NCBI GenBank assembly: GCA_964035545.1
Contig: OZ037765.1
Location: 8,194,698-8,258,697, forward strand
Length of the DNA stretch: 64,000 nt
Reading direction: 5' to 3'
Source: Bugula neritina
Taxonomy: Eukaryota; Animalia; Bryozoa
The notes under the pieces were generated by a model. That model was not told the origin of the DNA. It was given only the letters and a program-made list of their open reading frames with translations, and ran no database searches. Below, piece by piece: positions 41,760-57,359 of this stretch. The position numbers and the translations under genes are program-made. How positions within the stretch are numbered: the first letter of the stretch is position 1; every line of letters begins with the position of its first letter.

Positions 41760-44700
41760 GTTAGCGCAATGTCAATGTCAATGTGCAAGTTTGAAGTACG
41801 CTTTTCATTGCAGTTACTTTATTCGGAGTATAAATTCGAGTAACATTTTATGTAGCTTTAATGTAAATTCAAAATAGAAATATGTTGGAGCGAAATGAGA
41901 ACTATCGCATGCCAGGTTGCATAGCAAACTAATAATTATATTATTATAATATACTTGTAAAAAAACTCGCCCTAACATTCTTACAATGTAGACTAATATG
42001 AAGTTATTCCCCCAATAAATATATGCGCTTGCATCTTGATTCTTGCCCGTACGTAGGTCTCACCACTGATATAATCATAATAATTAATTGATATAAATAT
42101 AAATAAAAATCAATTGCCATATATAAAAAATTATTATTTACAAATTATGTATTGCATTATATTTATTTTCAGCCGCCGTTTTCCAACTGTAGAAGTTGTG
42201 AAATTTAGTATAGCTGTATAGGCTTCCAGATTTTATTGTCACTTGATGTATTTTACTACACTGGCTTTATAGTGTGGAGCTACAAGAATTAGATGCATAA
42301 TAAAAATATAGGTTTATGATAATTTTAAACTATACCAAACCTTAGAATTGTTTTTAAACTAGTTTATGCCTAATTATATTATATGCATGACATAATTAAA
42401 TTATTATTCGAAGTATGATAGTTTTAATACGTAAACAATACCTACTACTTTAAAACTACATTGTGGTAAAAAAGTGTTGCAGCCAAGTTATATTCTTTAA
42501 GATAAAACCGATTTTTTTAAACTATAGAATCTATAATTAGATACATGTAGCAGATTTATACTAGCTCATATTTTCAAAAGATTGTTAATACTGTCAAGGA
42601 AAAACAATTATTAACCAAAAAAGTTGAAGTTTAAAATAGTGTACCTTGTTGTGTTGCTCCCATTAATTACTTTGTAGTTTTAAAATGATTATGCAAATAT
42701 AAATACCATTCTAATAAGTATAGCGTCCAAAATTAAGGTACCAAAATTATTAGATTAGAAAACTTAGAATATGTATTAATTGTTGCAAAACTAGATTCTC
42801 AGATAGTATACCTTTAGCCTACCATGCAAAATTGTGGGAAAGATAAGTTCATAACTTAATTACTCTAAAAACGTGTTTTTAACAACATTGCCATCATTGA
42901 TGAATATGTGCTACAGTAAATATTATAAGGTATAAAATAAGTTTTCATGAAACTGATGTGCTCATTTAAAGATATGTTTAAGTTTATTTAAACATCACCA
43001 ACAAAAGTAATAAAACATGAAAACTCTGACAAAATAACTTAGTAACTTAGCAATAAGGGCATAACTTTTAGTCTTTTTGATCATGATGTAGACATGATCC
43101 TTTATTATACCAGGTTTTTGTGTTGGGTATACAAGGCAGCTGCAATAGTTGCATGGAGGCTTCATAGTGTTGACATATAACCTCATATATTATAACCTTA
43201 TAATATTATTCAATTATATGACATGCATGCACACTCCTCATACCTATATATCCTATATATCATATAGTTACATGCATCACTTAATTGATTAATAGAAAAA
43301 TTATACACAATTATGACCAATGATAAGAAGTGATAAGTTTTGACACAGCAGAGTCAAAAGCCTCCACATAGAGGCCACATATACCAATATTATATTATCA
43401 CACATACACTTGGGCACATATTTTAGAAGCATCTGGCCACTGATTGTTTCACTTTGATGTACATAGTAAATAGTAGGTGTTGCTATTAATCATCATTATC
43501 ATATGTTTACCTGTACAAGTTTAATGTCTTAACCATTAGCCTATAATGCATCCAGTTTTCTTCATCTAGCAGCTAAAACTTCTGCGTTCAAATAGCAGGT
43601 TATATCTTGAATCTGGGAAACATATTTTGCTGTTTTATTGTGCACAGTACAGCTTAGCTGCAGTATACAGGTATAGTTACATTATATTGTTTATTGCTTC
43701 ATTGTCTATATCGTATAGATTGAAAAGTTTGGGATTGGCCTTTGCACATTTTTAAATCATAAATAAGCTAACAATGATTATTGTGTTTGCTAAATTGCTA
43801 CTACCTCACACCATGCTTTGATTTAGTAAATGTGAATATGTTTATGACAGAGCAGGTGGTAAATTAAGTGCAGTTAACTGTTACTAGTTCTATTGTTCTT
43901 TTATTTAGCATCCAAGTCGATCTAGCTGAAGAGGTTGTTGATGCTTGTATCTTTTGTGCAGCAATACAACTACAAAAAGCTGTGTGCAGTATACTCTATA
44001 TCTTTGTAAGTATAACAACACTTTTAATTCTTCACTGTTATTTGCTTTTACAACCTTACTGAGGTGTATTTTGTACCCGCCTACCTAGTAATTGTACTAT
44101 CACAACAAAACAATTACTTGTGAACAAATCAAAGTAATTTAAAGTCTAGTACAGTTGCTACCAGGTGGCATGGGCTCTAATTTCAATTGTATTATGTAGG
44201 CTTGCCTTGGTTGGTAATTTGAAGAACTGTATTCACAGATTGCATGACTGATAGTGATTACAACAGTGGGTCACAGCTCAGATTTGCTACGATTTAGGCT
44301 AGCTGGCATTATATTATTAATTAGACGCTAAAGTCTGCAGTGTGTTTTTCTCCTCACAACTGGAATCTTGCACATGTAAGTAGCAATCAAGAATTTTATT
44401 GTATATTCGCAATATAGTTGATTGAAGTACGTATGCAGCTAAAATTGTATTTAAGTTAAACAATATTTCTCTATAGTTTTGTTGAAAGTTGTTTTTATAA
44501 AGTGCCAAAAAATGAAGTAAGCTATAGTCTATAAATCATTGTTTAAGAAATTGTTTGTTTGTTTGTGAATATTTGAGAGCATGAATTAAATTTGAACAAT
44601 AATTATTTGTTTATTCAATTTAAGAACTTGTAAACAATTGGCAATATGTTTAGCTAGAAATCTAGATGAATCCAAAAGAATGTTGCTTTCTATACACTGT

Positions 44701-45234
44701 ATCTCTGGCATTATTTGTTAATTTACCATCTGACTTAAGCTTTATTATTTCTATCTCTTCATTTAATTATATTGTTTTATTTATTTGCAAATTATTATAA
44801 ATTTTGCTTCAAAACTACTATGTGAAACTTTATTTAATATGCATTTTACCAATGCTGGTTATACACATATTCTACTCTAAGGGATTCAAAATAAAATTTT
44901 CAACTTATACTATACCTAATTATTGTGTTGGTACTAGGTAATGTATTAACAATCAAAATTTTGCCACGGTTTCTCTGACCAAATTAATTATATTTTTCTC
45001 ATTCTAACAATTAATACTCTCTCTTCATAAGTTTTAATTGCCTTCTATCATTTAATATGTTGCATTTCTGTAGTTTAAACATCATTCTTAAAAATAGTTA
45101 CAACTGTTAAATAAACTGCAGCGTTTTAAAATAAAATGCTTTAGCTTATGATTAGTGATCAAAAACACAAGAAATAATTGAATTATATGAGTTTTGCATC
45201 GTGATTATCTCCTTAATGATGTTCTTTTAAAGCA

Positions 45235-48200
45235 ATGAAGTGTCAGGCAAAGTTAAGAGTCACTCCAACATCCTCTAAGGAGATAGAGTCTAATGGAGGG
45301 GAAAATCTCTATGCTGAAGTTGCACCACTGCCCATTGCCTGTGCAAATCAGCAACTAGATTTTTACAATCAGGTTATTCAAGATAAGCATGGATGTGGTA
45401 GTCTCAGTACTAAGACAAAAGTGAGTCAAAATGCTGAACAGAATGCTGACGTATCAGAAGAGCCAGCAACTTGTACAGTTACAACACCGACATTACCAAA
45501 GAAATGCGAGTTCATATCTATTGATGGAGATCCGGAGAAAAACCTCCCTGGCCAAGATAACTCTTCCACAGTGAAGGTAAACTAGTCCATTAGCAATGTC
45601 AATTTTATCAACACAAGTATAATCATATCATCAATAAAACTTGTTACAACCATATTTCTTTACGTGCAACAGCTAAAGCCCCCCCCCCCCAAACTGCAAT
45701 TAACCAAGGATTTAGTGTATTTTACAAGTACAAAAATAGTATGAAACTGGAAAAATGAGTTTCATATAATTCAACAAAGTAAAATGAACAATGGCTATAC
45801 AATTTTGCCCTCAGCCATACTAATGATTCATGGTTGTTTGCTGTAATAATAATAAATTGATTGATCTATGACTCAGAATGCTTCTATAATACCATTGTCT
45901 TCAATGATTGGCATAGCGATCAAAGAACTAGTTGCAGACTAATGAAAAGACATATAAAAACAATAGGTCAATAGACAGTTGCAGAATGTTGTCATTAGAA
46001 TTAATAACAACAATACCAACATATTCCATTATAATACCAGTGATATAGTTACCAATTGACATTATTTATCACAAAAGATTATTCATCAGCAAGCCAAACT
46101 AACAAATGTAGGCAGCATATTTAAAATGTCAGCAGCAGTTTCAGGCAAACAAAAAAGTAATTGAAACAGGATATAGAAATGCAGAGCCCAGGTGGCCATC
46201 TTGCAGCCCTGTTGTGATAATTGATTCCAATTATGAGCGTTGGTTGCTGTTAAAATGGCTATTCTGTTGTATTGATGGTTGCAATTCAACATTACGAAAG
46301 AAAAGATCAACATCTAAAGTGTTTAATGAAATATTATAATGCTTAAGACAACTATCTGTAGTCAAGGGTTACAGTGTTGGAGATTAAAGTTAGTGTTAAC
46401 ATTAGTGTCAGTGTGTATAGTAAATACTCAATGCTCAAGGGAATAATTATAACAGTTTGCATATCGTGTGCTTTTTATTGACTTTTGCCGATTCACCTCA
46501 TAATAGCCTACGTTATCAATGCATTCCATTTAGTTTTACTGATTTTCAGTAGAGGAGTAGACGCACATATTGCTTACTGCAACACAGTTAGTTATAAAGT
46601 GCTTTTCAATACTATCAGTCAGCAAGCAATTGATTTATAAGGAACTGCCATATACACACTGTTGTCTTGGGTTCTGGGACAATAAACCGATAATGTCTAG
46701 GGGCAAAGGCTGGATTGCTACAAACATTTCTCCCTTTTATTTTCTGGAACCATTTAGACAACGAGACACAGAAAAGGTAAACTCAGCTGCCAATGAGTAT
46801 ATTTTTATTCAACTGTCTGGCAGCTTTAGCTTTATTCACCCGGAGTTCAATATGGCTCTATTGACTCACTGTTTGTATATCAGGTTCTTAATGATGTTCT
46901 TGCTTCATATAATTTGCCTTATTGTTGTTACACACAATTCAATGTTGTTATAAACTGGATATTGATGCTTGGTAGCTTGTTTGTCTAGGATATCTAATTC
47001 ACATTATTGATAGGTCTCAGTTTTCATTCTTCAAAGAGGCGGCTTATTCCTATGAAAATGCTCTTCTAGTATTCTGTTAGTACACATCTTGTAGTTTAGC
47101 CACATATTTCCAATATAAATGTAGATAAAGTATTATAATTTGATTAGAAGAGTCAACATGATCTTATCTAAAGAGGTAAAGTATGCTTACTGTTTTCCAA
47201 TTTTTCACTGCACATTTACAAATAGGCTATCCTGTTGCAGAGTATGCAATCAGCAATTTATATTTTTTGTGCTCAAGTATGATACTATTAATCAAGCATG
47301 CACAAACATATTCCGAAGTTTTGCAGATTTATCTGCAGATAGAAATGAACTTTATAAAGGTTTAAGTTTAATTGTAGTGATATCACTGTGAAATTTTCTC
47401 TTGCTAACTACTACCCAGGCTTTTCATTTAAATAATAAATACTTAGATGAAAAATTTTAAAAAGCTGAAAGTTAACCATAGATACGACTATTTTCTAGTT
47501 TCAAATGACTGTTAACTAACAACTTACAGATCTCAAAGCACAGATTACAAGTTTATAAACAATTATTGCAACTAATTAAAAAGAAATGAGACATAACATG
47601 TTGGTTCTAAGAACTAACAGTCTGAGATGCTTATAACAATTCGAAGCTGTGTTTATGTTGCAGCATAACATTATTTGCCAATTTCCGTATTTTTTGATTT
47701 TGTAGAACTCAAATAGAGTATTAGTACGACCTATTGCCTTCAAGCCTGTAGTTCCGAATAGAGGAGATAGGAGCAGCCCCGCAGCCTCTTCTTTTACACC
47801 AACACTGTATGACGATGGATACTCCTCCCAAGGCACAAGTAGAGGATGCAGTAACAGCGTGTCTGCATCATCCGGGGAATCATCCGACACCTACTACGCC
47901 AGCCCAATACACACCAGTACTTACCCTAACGATCTTCCAGCAACTCAACATGAACAGAGTTTGAGTCCAGATTTGATTAACTATGAAAAATTATTGCAAG
48001 AGAAAGAATCTGAAATCTTGCAACTGAGGCGAACCATGGAGCTAAATGAGAGTGCTATGGTACGTGTGCATGAACATAAACGGATAGAGTGGGAGAACCA
48101 GATGAAAGAATTGACACAGGAATACCACCGGCGACTGAGATTAAAACAAGATCAGTCGAATGAGAAGGAGCTAGATCTACGGGACATAATATCAAAATTA

Positions 48201-48776
48201 GAAATGGACAACCGGCAGCTGTCTGTCAACATACAGCAGCAACAGATAGACCAAGATCGGCAGCAACAACTGAGCAGTCAGTTACACGAACTGAAGCAGC
48301 GGCATGCCGACATGACTCAGAGACTGTCACAGGAAACGTGTGAATCTGATAAATTAAGGCACAGAAATAAAGAACTAGAAGCTACAATTCAGACTTTACA
48401 AGAAAAATTAGCTATAGGAACAGCTGAACAAAATAAACTTCAAGAAAAAGTTTCAAAAAGTTCAGATACATCCACAACCCAGACTAAACAGCTAAGTGAG
48501 AGGCTGCAGCAATTGGAGAATGAGATTCTACAAGAACGCGGAAACTTTTGTATCGAAAGACAAAAATGGAAGGAGGAAAAAGAGAAAGTGCTACAATATC
48601 AAAAACAATTGCAAAAGACTTACAGCCAAATGTATAGACGAAATAATGAGTTGGAGCAGCAGTTATGTAGAATTAACAGCAGAAGGCAAGCCAGACGGGA
48701 GAGCTTACAGAACAACATGGACAGGTTCAGCTTGCTTAGTGTTGACATTGAAACCACACCAGAATCATTCTGCTGA
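45235..48776 (+). CDS. LZTS/N4BP3-family (Fez1-domain) coiled-coil protein, 2 coding exons, about 470 aa
   Basis: Exons 45235-45576 (donor GTAAAC, phase 0) and 47706-48776. Family motifs are VRPIAFKPVVP and WKEEKEKVLQYQKQLQKTYSQMYRRN..LE, with a long coiled coil and a C-terminal ESFC (PDZ-binding-like). Confidence 0.82.
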
Positions 48777-49158
48777 CACATTTTTAAAAATACATTTCCG
48801 AATTAAATTTGTTACATTTCTAAGGTGAACATTACTTCGATTATTATTATACTGCTTCAGTAAAAAAATATTCGACTTCTTTTTAACAGCACTATAGCTA
48901 AGATCTTTATCTGCCATAGCATTATCACACTGCAGGTCTTTATCACTGGATCTTAATCAATTGTTTTGTATAATTATTTTCAATTTGAATGTAGACCAGT
49001 AGATTTATGTCAGTTGTAACCCTTTCATCTTTATATTATTAACTTAATGAGTTAATATTTAATAACTTAATATTTAATTTTGTAGCATTTATTGTAATTA
49101 GCTTTATAAGGTTATATATGTACAGATAAATGAAACACTGCAAAAAATCCTATCACTT

Positions 49159-52100
49159 TTAGCCAGGTAGGGCCGAGTGTGACTCTCCCAACTCTGATGA
49201 CTTGATGAGAGTAGGAGCCAAGTCTTGCGTGCTATTTGACATGCATAGAATAGTGTCCATTGTGCCCAATAGCTGCATCAGTTGCTCCTCATACTTCAAT
49301 TCATTATTAACAACATTGGATAGAGCTATGAGTCTCGAGTAGACTGAGCTCAGCCTGTCCGGATGTTCGGTATATACATCTACAATGAGGTACAAGTGCT
49401 GTTAAAACCCACAACTGTATAGTAACTGGCATGCATAACAAATCAATCATTACAATAAGTAAATTCATTAGGCATTTGTCTAAGTGAGCCGAGAAACTTA
49501 GCAGGAGAAAAGTTGAACTCACAAGTAATTGAAGTGCTTTGTTGAAATGAAAAAGCAATGGTTAAATTAAACTTTAAAAGTACTCAACTTATACATCTAC
49601 ACTAGTTTACACACTAAATAACAAGACTTGTATAGCAAGTGCAGGCAGTACATATAACAAAATATATGACCATATTATGCAAAGCTAGTAACTTTTAGGG
49701 TTTGCCTTGGAATTAAGACAGACTGATCTCAAACTTAGAATAGTGATGCTCCTTCTGATAATCACTTTGATAATACCATTTCAGCTTTTGCATACAAACA
49801 GGAATATATGAGTAAATTTGTCAAACTCATCAAAAAGGGTACAAAGAATTGCAGTTTTTTCAACATCACTAAATCTATGAGATATTTGTGATACAAGAAG
49901 TTATTTGTCTATAAAATAAAGCAATCTTGGTCCATACTAAAAGAATGAAAACCTAAGGTAAGGGCAAATCTTTGCATCTAACGATTCACCAATTTAAGCT
50001 GCCAACCTTACACTTGCATGAATTGATCAACCCACAACATGGTCAAACCAAATACTCGTGACTAAGTTAATAGGAAAGATAGAGCTTCAATAAAGTAGGC
50101 AATGCATAGCATTCTTAGTAGGACTACTTAGGTTGACAAGATAATCAATATTGAGTTTTAAAATGAAGAGCTTCATGGCATCATTTATCACAACAACTTT
50201 TTATACTCACAGCAGACCAGGAAAATAATGACACAACACTAGCAAAATAATAGCTTATAAGTTTTTTCTTTGCACACAGGTTTCTTTTATTTGCTAACGA
50301 AAATGATACAGCTGTGTCAATGGAATTAATAATCTAATATGTGTGAGATGATACACTTGAAGACACACTTATTGCTATCATTATTATCTATATCCTAGGA
50401 CCTAGAGGGTGACTGTTTATAATGAATGTGGAAGCTATTTACATAATATCATGCCACCAACGCTTTCTTACACCATTAGAGAACTCAAGATTTACTTTAA
50501 CTTAACTTCACAAAGATAGTAGCAGAACAGCAAATTCTAGGCTGTGCATTATGTATACCCAAACTGACACACCTTTCTGAGAAATATTGCCTTCTGAAGT
50601 TTAAGATTCATACAATTTATCCACAAAAGTATGTTGTTTAACATCAGTAAGTTTCAAGGTTTTGACTTCCAATGATACAGAAAGTTCTAGATGACAGAAG
50701 ACTTTCACCAGAGTCGGTAGTTGAAGTAGTAGTGTGTGCTTAATTGCTTTTCATAATTCAACTTTCCATAACCATTTTCAATGACATATTATAGCTACAT
50801 GAACAAAGGCCGTTGACCTTCACCTTTCACTACACCATACTATGACAAAAATCTTCTAGTTAGTAACTAACGATGAAGAAAACACTTTCACAAACCTAAT
50901 TCAAATTTGGAAAACTTGCTACATAACCAGCTTTTGTGATGAAGCAGTTTAAGGCATAGATAATTAGCTTTTAGATGTGTAGCATTTCTTGAGGGTTTGT
51001 AGCATGCACTTCTCAGCAGATTTCACTTACCTAGTAACACATTGACTACATCTACCAGAGTCCTGGTGTACTGTGAACTAGTTATGTGTCTACAACGTAA
51101 ATAATTAGCATGTTCATTAAGCTTAATATAAACAAGATTTCAAATAAGAAAAAAACACATATAGTATGTAGTAGTGGTGAGTTTTAAAAACTCTTTTAAC
51201 AAGAGTGCATGTAAATTTAGTCTACTTTAAGGATCAAACAACTTAATTTTTTTAAAAGTTACGGTTCATAACTGTGACAAAGTTGTTGATAATTTGCTGA
51301 TGACTTAAGAACAGAATGTTAGCTACAAGAAAGTTCACATCAAACTCACCAATGAGATGCTTTAAGCATGTAATTAGACAAACCACCTATTGAACACGTG
51401 CAATGACACATGTAGCGATATATGGCGGAGTGATGGTAGAGAGTGACTGTATAATGAACTCCAATACAAGTGCCTCTTAGTTCTGCCAATTATGACAAGT
51501 TGAAAAACCAAAGACAAAATTGTGCAAAAACTGTTTTATTTATTTATTTATTAAAAAGTAGCTGAGGCCATTTCTCAAACTCTATTTACAAATTTGGTAT
51601 GAAATTGTATTGAGATTTAAAGCACCCCATGGACCTTTAATGATAGAAACACCAGCACAGATACAGCTTAAAGAGCAAAGACACATCACATAACCTTAAA
51701 CTACCCTGCCTAGTCTAACCTGTGGTACTTTGATCTCAGTTTGAAATTCAAATTAAAACAGAAAGTCAACAACTACTCTGGTGATAACAAAAATAATATT
51801 CAATTAAGAAAGTTCTGACATGTCAAAAAGCCCCACTGAAGCGAAATTGTTATGTAGCATAGACAAAATCGTTCCAAATCTCAACAGTACCTTGTGAATG
51901 TTATAGTACCAAAGACCATCTTTTTATACACTATAGTACCAAAGACTATCATTGTACATATTATAGTACCAAAGACTATCATTGTACATATTATAGTACC
52001 AAAGACTATCATTGTACATATTATAGTACCAAAGACCATCATTGTATATAATATAATACCAAAGACCATCATTGTATATAATATAGTACCAAAGACCATC

Positions 52101-55100
52101 ATTGTATATAATATAATACCAAAGACCATCATTGTGTATAATATAGTACCAAAGACCATCCTTGTATATAATGTAGTACCAAAGACACTTTCTAAAGCTA
52201 ACCTTGACAAGAATCGAAGGAGCGTATCAAGACTCTTCTCATCTCGACCAGCTACTGCAGGCTTTATAACATCTCTACGGATTAGCTCCTCCATTACACT
52301 AACGGTGATTTCCGGATGCTTCATGCACACCTTCGACTGTCAAAGTACAAAGAGCAGATTGTGTACCCAAAATTTTACACAGAATATTGAGATCTAGAAC
52401 TAGAAAGCATAGATAACATCTGATTGTTGGCAACTTTAATAGCTAAAAGGTGTTGATTACCATCTTAACTACTAATATGTTTTAAAATATTTTTAGATCA
52501 GCAATAAATAAATTGAGCCGTTTTTAATGCTCTAAGGGAGCACTGGTGGTCCAGAGATTACAGAAATGGCCTAGTATGACACACTTATACCGGCCCACTG
52601 GTTCCAATCTAGGCAGGGCCACTGGGGTGCTAGGAAGAGCATTCAGTCACAATTGCTCCTGTGCCACAAGAAAAGTCCTGAGAGGCACAACAATTAGTTT
52701 GCTTCAAAACCATCACTATCCAGGATTCTCATTGGAATGATGACGTTAAGGAAATGTGAGTTTTGTTTACAAAAATTAACAAAAAAAAACTCGTAACACA
52801 GGTTATTACCTCTAAAACAGCATCCAATGCTTTAGCATGTTGAAAGCTCTTTAGATATGAATCATATTTGGCTAGATGCTCTTTCCTTTGGTGTTGAATA
52901 ACATGGGCATCCTGCAATACAAACATTAAATGTAATTTATAGCAAGAAAAAAGCATTTGATTCTAAGTCTTCTGGTAATTTATTGTATTACTCGAAAGAT
53001 TGAGATATAGTGATGCTAATGTACACATTTTTATATAAATCAACTAAAAATTACAAAAGCAGATAGCTATGGTCTACAATCAACATTTGTTTTTAATCAT
53101 GTAACAAAAAAAAATGTAATAGACTAGTTAGAGAAAGGACAAACACCGCTAACCTTTGACGGTTTGAAAGAATGCTTTTGTATTTTAAACTGAAATGCTT
53201 TTCTTCGCTTCTCTTGCTTTGTGAGATGAGCATCAATCTTCCTCCTTCTCACCGACAGCATCCCATCAGCCATTCCGACAGCAAATGTTTTATTGTCTTT
53301 CTAGAAAGTTTCCACACACTTAATAAGAAAATGACAGCAGTAATCTTATGACTTTTTTTGGATTTTAACTATGATAAGGCACATAAAATTATATCGCCAT
53401 ACAAGATTCCTCAAATTAAGAGCTGATTTCTTTTTTTAATAATCCTTTCAACATGAAAAAATACACAAACTTACATTTTGCACTTATTTTATATAAACAG
53501 ATATAAACAATAGCTAGGAAAGTTTCTTAAAGAATTTCTATCAATTACTGAACAAGCAAAATTAAACTTAGTGACAAAATCAAAAAATTAGCTGCATTTA
53601 TTATATGCTTACATAGATGCAAGGCAAAATTTTAATTTCAAGTATATTTTTGCTATATAGCTATTCATCGTTTCCTCTTTAGAAAGACAACCCTCAATTA
53701 ATTTTGCAAACAAGTATCTAACAAATATTTTTATTCCTAAAACTTCTGCTGTGAATATTTCAATTTTTCCTCACATGTAAAAGTTTGATAATTCACTATA
53801 TGTAACATTTTAGCGGCACTATTTGAACTTTTAGATTTTTTATCGATTAAAAAATAGATAATTGTTGATAAGAATACATACAGAACAGCCCATACTCAAT
53901 ACTGGTGCTGGGAAATCTAATGAATGCACCACTTGATATGTTGAGCTATCATAGATTTTCACATGCCTGCAAAATTCCAAGGAGTGAATTAATTTATAGA
54001 AGGATTCTACAGCAAACTATTAAATGTGCTTCAAAAAAATTTAGGAACATGTAATGCAAAAATTACTACCAAGTGGCTATGGTTTTGGAGAAGCGCAATA
54101 TGAAGCCAACTTAAAAAAACCGTATAGCAGGCAAGCTGAAATAGAGAAATGAACGACTTTAGTAAGCTACAGCCCACAGACATTTACCTATCCAATCCAC
54201 CAGTGAGAAGTCTTTTCCCACCCTGAGCAAATGTCAAACATGTGACAGTCTTATGGTGGTTGGTGAGCTCCATGAGCAGTTTCCCTCCGGCCAGCGAATC
54301 CCAAACTCTCACATAATTCCCTCCTAAAAATACCAGTCGTTGTGATGAAAATAACAGAAGGCATGGTGAATAAATTACATAGTGCATAGTCACAGGCACA
54401 CGCACATAACTTGTAAATGGAAACTATTTGGGAGATAACAGGTTTTATTATAATTTGTTAAATTTAGTTTAATTCATATTTATCTAATTAATAAATACAT
54501 TATTATAGCAGCTAAATCTTCAATATGACACTTGAAGCACTGACCAGCGGTGAAAAAGACAGTCCCAGTGTTAAACATGAGTACATCCTCTATGGGGGCT
54601 CCATGGTGCACAGTCTGTACACAGGACTGGGTTCTTAAATCAAACAACTTGGCTGTTTGGTCGTAACTTCCTGTAACACATTATGATAATCTTTGAGAAA
54701 GCTATCTATAGAACACAATGTTGTTTTAGCATACTAGGTATACACTACATCTCCATGCTCCGTAGTATGCGAATAAACTTTTTATTCTGTGCATAGAGCC
54801 AGCATCAATCGAATGAAACTACAATCATAGGAACGTGCAGTATATCATTCAATGGATTCATATGAGCATCCCATACGAATCCATTTGATGCATAGAGCAC
54901 AAAGAATCAGTAGATTTTATTCAACAACCAAGCTTCACAAAATATGAAAAATAATGCCCTTTATTGGACATATTTTTTTCCTTGTAACTTTGACAGATGA
55001 CAAAGGATTTGATTGATAGTATTCAACAAACCTTCAATTTAATGAAGTCTTCAAGAAACATAACGTAGAGCTCACCTGTTAGCAAGATATCTTTGGCAGA

Positions 55101-57359
55101 GGGATTTACAGCACAACTCCTAACACTGTCCTGAAAAGATACAGAGTATAAGATATAAGAAAGCAATCATAACACACATATAATATACCCATCACTGGGG
55201 TCACATTGAAGAGATGGCTAAACTATGCTGCCAAGTGCAATGCCTGATTGCAACACAGAAGTCACCTTGTGTTCTTTGAGTGTCAGAATCTTTTGACCTT
55301 CTGCGATATCCCAGAGTATTGAGGTCTGGTCATTGCTGCAGCTGATGACTCTGTAGCCATCCGTTAGAAAGTCCGCTGCATGCACAGCACTGAAACATAA
55401 CAACTAACTATACATGCATTCAGATGCCAACCTTCGTAAAAAATTCAAGTTAGACTTATTCCAGGCAAACTGATTTTCAGCCTAAATATTTTACAGCCTA
55501 AGATTGACTTGCAACAGGTTTCCAGGCTAGGTTTGTATCTACATTTTTGTAGACACTAGCTACATTTACATTTTTGGGCTAGTAAATAGATGAAACAGTG
55601 TTTCATACAACAAGAATGCATTGAAAAACCACAGGTATCAAGAAAAGGTCTGTGTGGCTGTTTATACTTTCTCACCTCCAATGACCCCGGAGCATGCGCA
55701 AGCAAGATTTACTCTCTATATTATACAGTTTCACCAGTCCGGCTTCTGTGCCAGTTGCCAAAATTTTCCCATCTTTACGGTAACGACCACACAACACATT
55801 CTCCTTGAACTTTGAAAATGTCTTGACAATTTGATTTGTTTGACAACTATATATTTGTATCTAAAATGGAGAATATCAACGGTAAACTAAACTACTGCAC
55901 TCAAAGTGGAAAAATTGAGAAAATATCAACAAAATAGTTTATTGAATGCTTACAAAAGCATTTTTGTCTAAAACAATGCTAGGGATATATAAATATAAAG
56001 CAAACCCTGGATGAACTTGCTACTGCATACTGATATGGTTCGGTTGGTGAGAAGTTGACATCTATTATAGGACCATATTCCTTTTTTGTGATAGGAAACT
56101 GCAAAACAGGAAATGGCAAACAATTGGTGAAATATCTTTCATGAACATAATAAGCAGAAGATACAAATTCAAGTAATGGATATAACAGGATGTTTATGAG
56201 ATTTTAAAGCCCACATAGTTAACACAAGTTAAAAGAATGGGCAGAAGAAAAGTTTGCACATTAATCACCTCCCTAAACTGGAAAAATTGAAATTTCAGTT
56301 TAACTATTTAAAGAGAGTTAAATTCATTTTTTTTATTTCAACAAAGAAATTTTTGAATAATTATTAATTTCTTAATACATTAGAAATACTAAGATCGAAA
56401 ACTTAAAGCGATTTTCTTTTTATGTTTCAAGTGCCACAGTATTTTAATGGCCTCTTGACTACCATTATTATTTATTTGTTATCGCATACATTAATTTTGA
56501 GTATTAGTGAATAAATATAATAATAATCCCAACTTAATAATGATATTGATTATCACAACCATTTACTATTACTATTAGTATTAGTATTAGTATAAGTATT
56601 AGTATGAAATACTTTCAAGTGCAAGTCGAACTCAATTGAAAATTTACTAGAGTTGATTCATAGTAAAACTATAAGAATTACTATGAGTATTAGTATGAGT
56701 TATACAGGTAATGTTAATGTTATACTTATAGAGTTATACTATAAATATAAAGCAAAATGATAAGCTTAAGGCTAAGCAATAAAGCTCAAAGGCAAGCATT
56801 GCTTGGCTTGTGCCGTGGCACTCAACAATAACTCATAAGTACTATAACTACTAGTATTAGTCACTCACTGTGACTGATTGGGTCATTAAGTTTACCTTAA
56901 AGTTAAAGTTTAAGAATAAAATTATTTGTACGACTAATAGTAATACTAAGAGTAAGAGTAAGTATTCGTATTACAAAGACTAAGTTAGTAAGTAAAACGT
57001 CAAACTAAATACTAGGATTTAAAAAAATGACCAGGGGCTGCTGAGAGTTTCAGAATCAGTGTTAGACTGAGACTGAGTCACAGTGAGTGTGACAGTGTGA
57101 GACTGAGTCAGTGAGTGTTCGTGGGACTTAAAGTTAAAGTTGAAACTGAAAGTGAAACTTTTACTTTGAGTAACTTTGAGGTAAACTTTAACAAGGACAG
57201 CACTGTTTTATAAAGTAGACAGCCATTTTTCTAAAAATGTATTAACTAGACCTCGAATGAATCCCAAAATTGGGTATCTTTCGTGAAAGAGCTAGAAACA
57301 GGCTTCGGTTGTGATCTGATTATTGTCTTCTTGAAACTCGTGGGTGCAGGTGCCGCCAT
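49159..57359 (-). CDS. UTP15: U3 snoRNA-associated protein 15 (WD40 plus UTP15 C-terminal domain), 13 exons, about 524 aa
   Basis: Exons 57359-57252, 56098-56006, 55860-55676, 55389-55266, 55130-55076, 54670-54545, 54323-54188, 53966-53882, 53300-53154, 52911-52810, 52336-52203, 51089-51031 and 49379-49159 total 1575 nt in frame. Motifs include TGSYDQTAKLFD, HGAPIEDVL, GGNYVRVWD, NHHKTVTCL, LLTGGLDRHVKIYD and VMEELIRR..AVAGRDEKSL. Confidence 0.94.
51901..52190. repeat. 30-bp minisatellite, about 9.5 copies, at the start of UTP15 intron 11
   Basis: Unit ATATAGTACCAAAGACCATCATTGTATATA repeated in tandem. Confidence 0.95.
52536..52750 (+). mobile_element. Older tRNA-headed SINE related to 40843-41066
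   Basis: Head GGGAGCACTGGTGGTCCAGAGATT, B-box-like GGTTCCAATC, and a shared core GCCA(C/T)TGG..TG(C/T)TAGGAAGAGCAT(T/C)CAGTCA(C/T)AATTGCTCCTGTGCC. Confidence 0.65.

Noticed and set aside
51881-52397. 149-aa and 167-aa repetitive ORFs, and the 30-bp array as a CRISPR
   Set aside because: The ORFs are translations of an intronic minisatellite plus UTP15 exon 11. The units are contiguous with no unique spacers and the context is eukaryotic.
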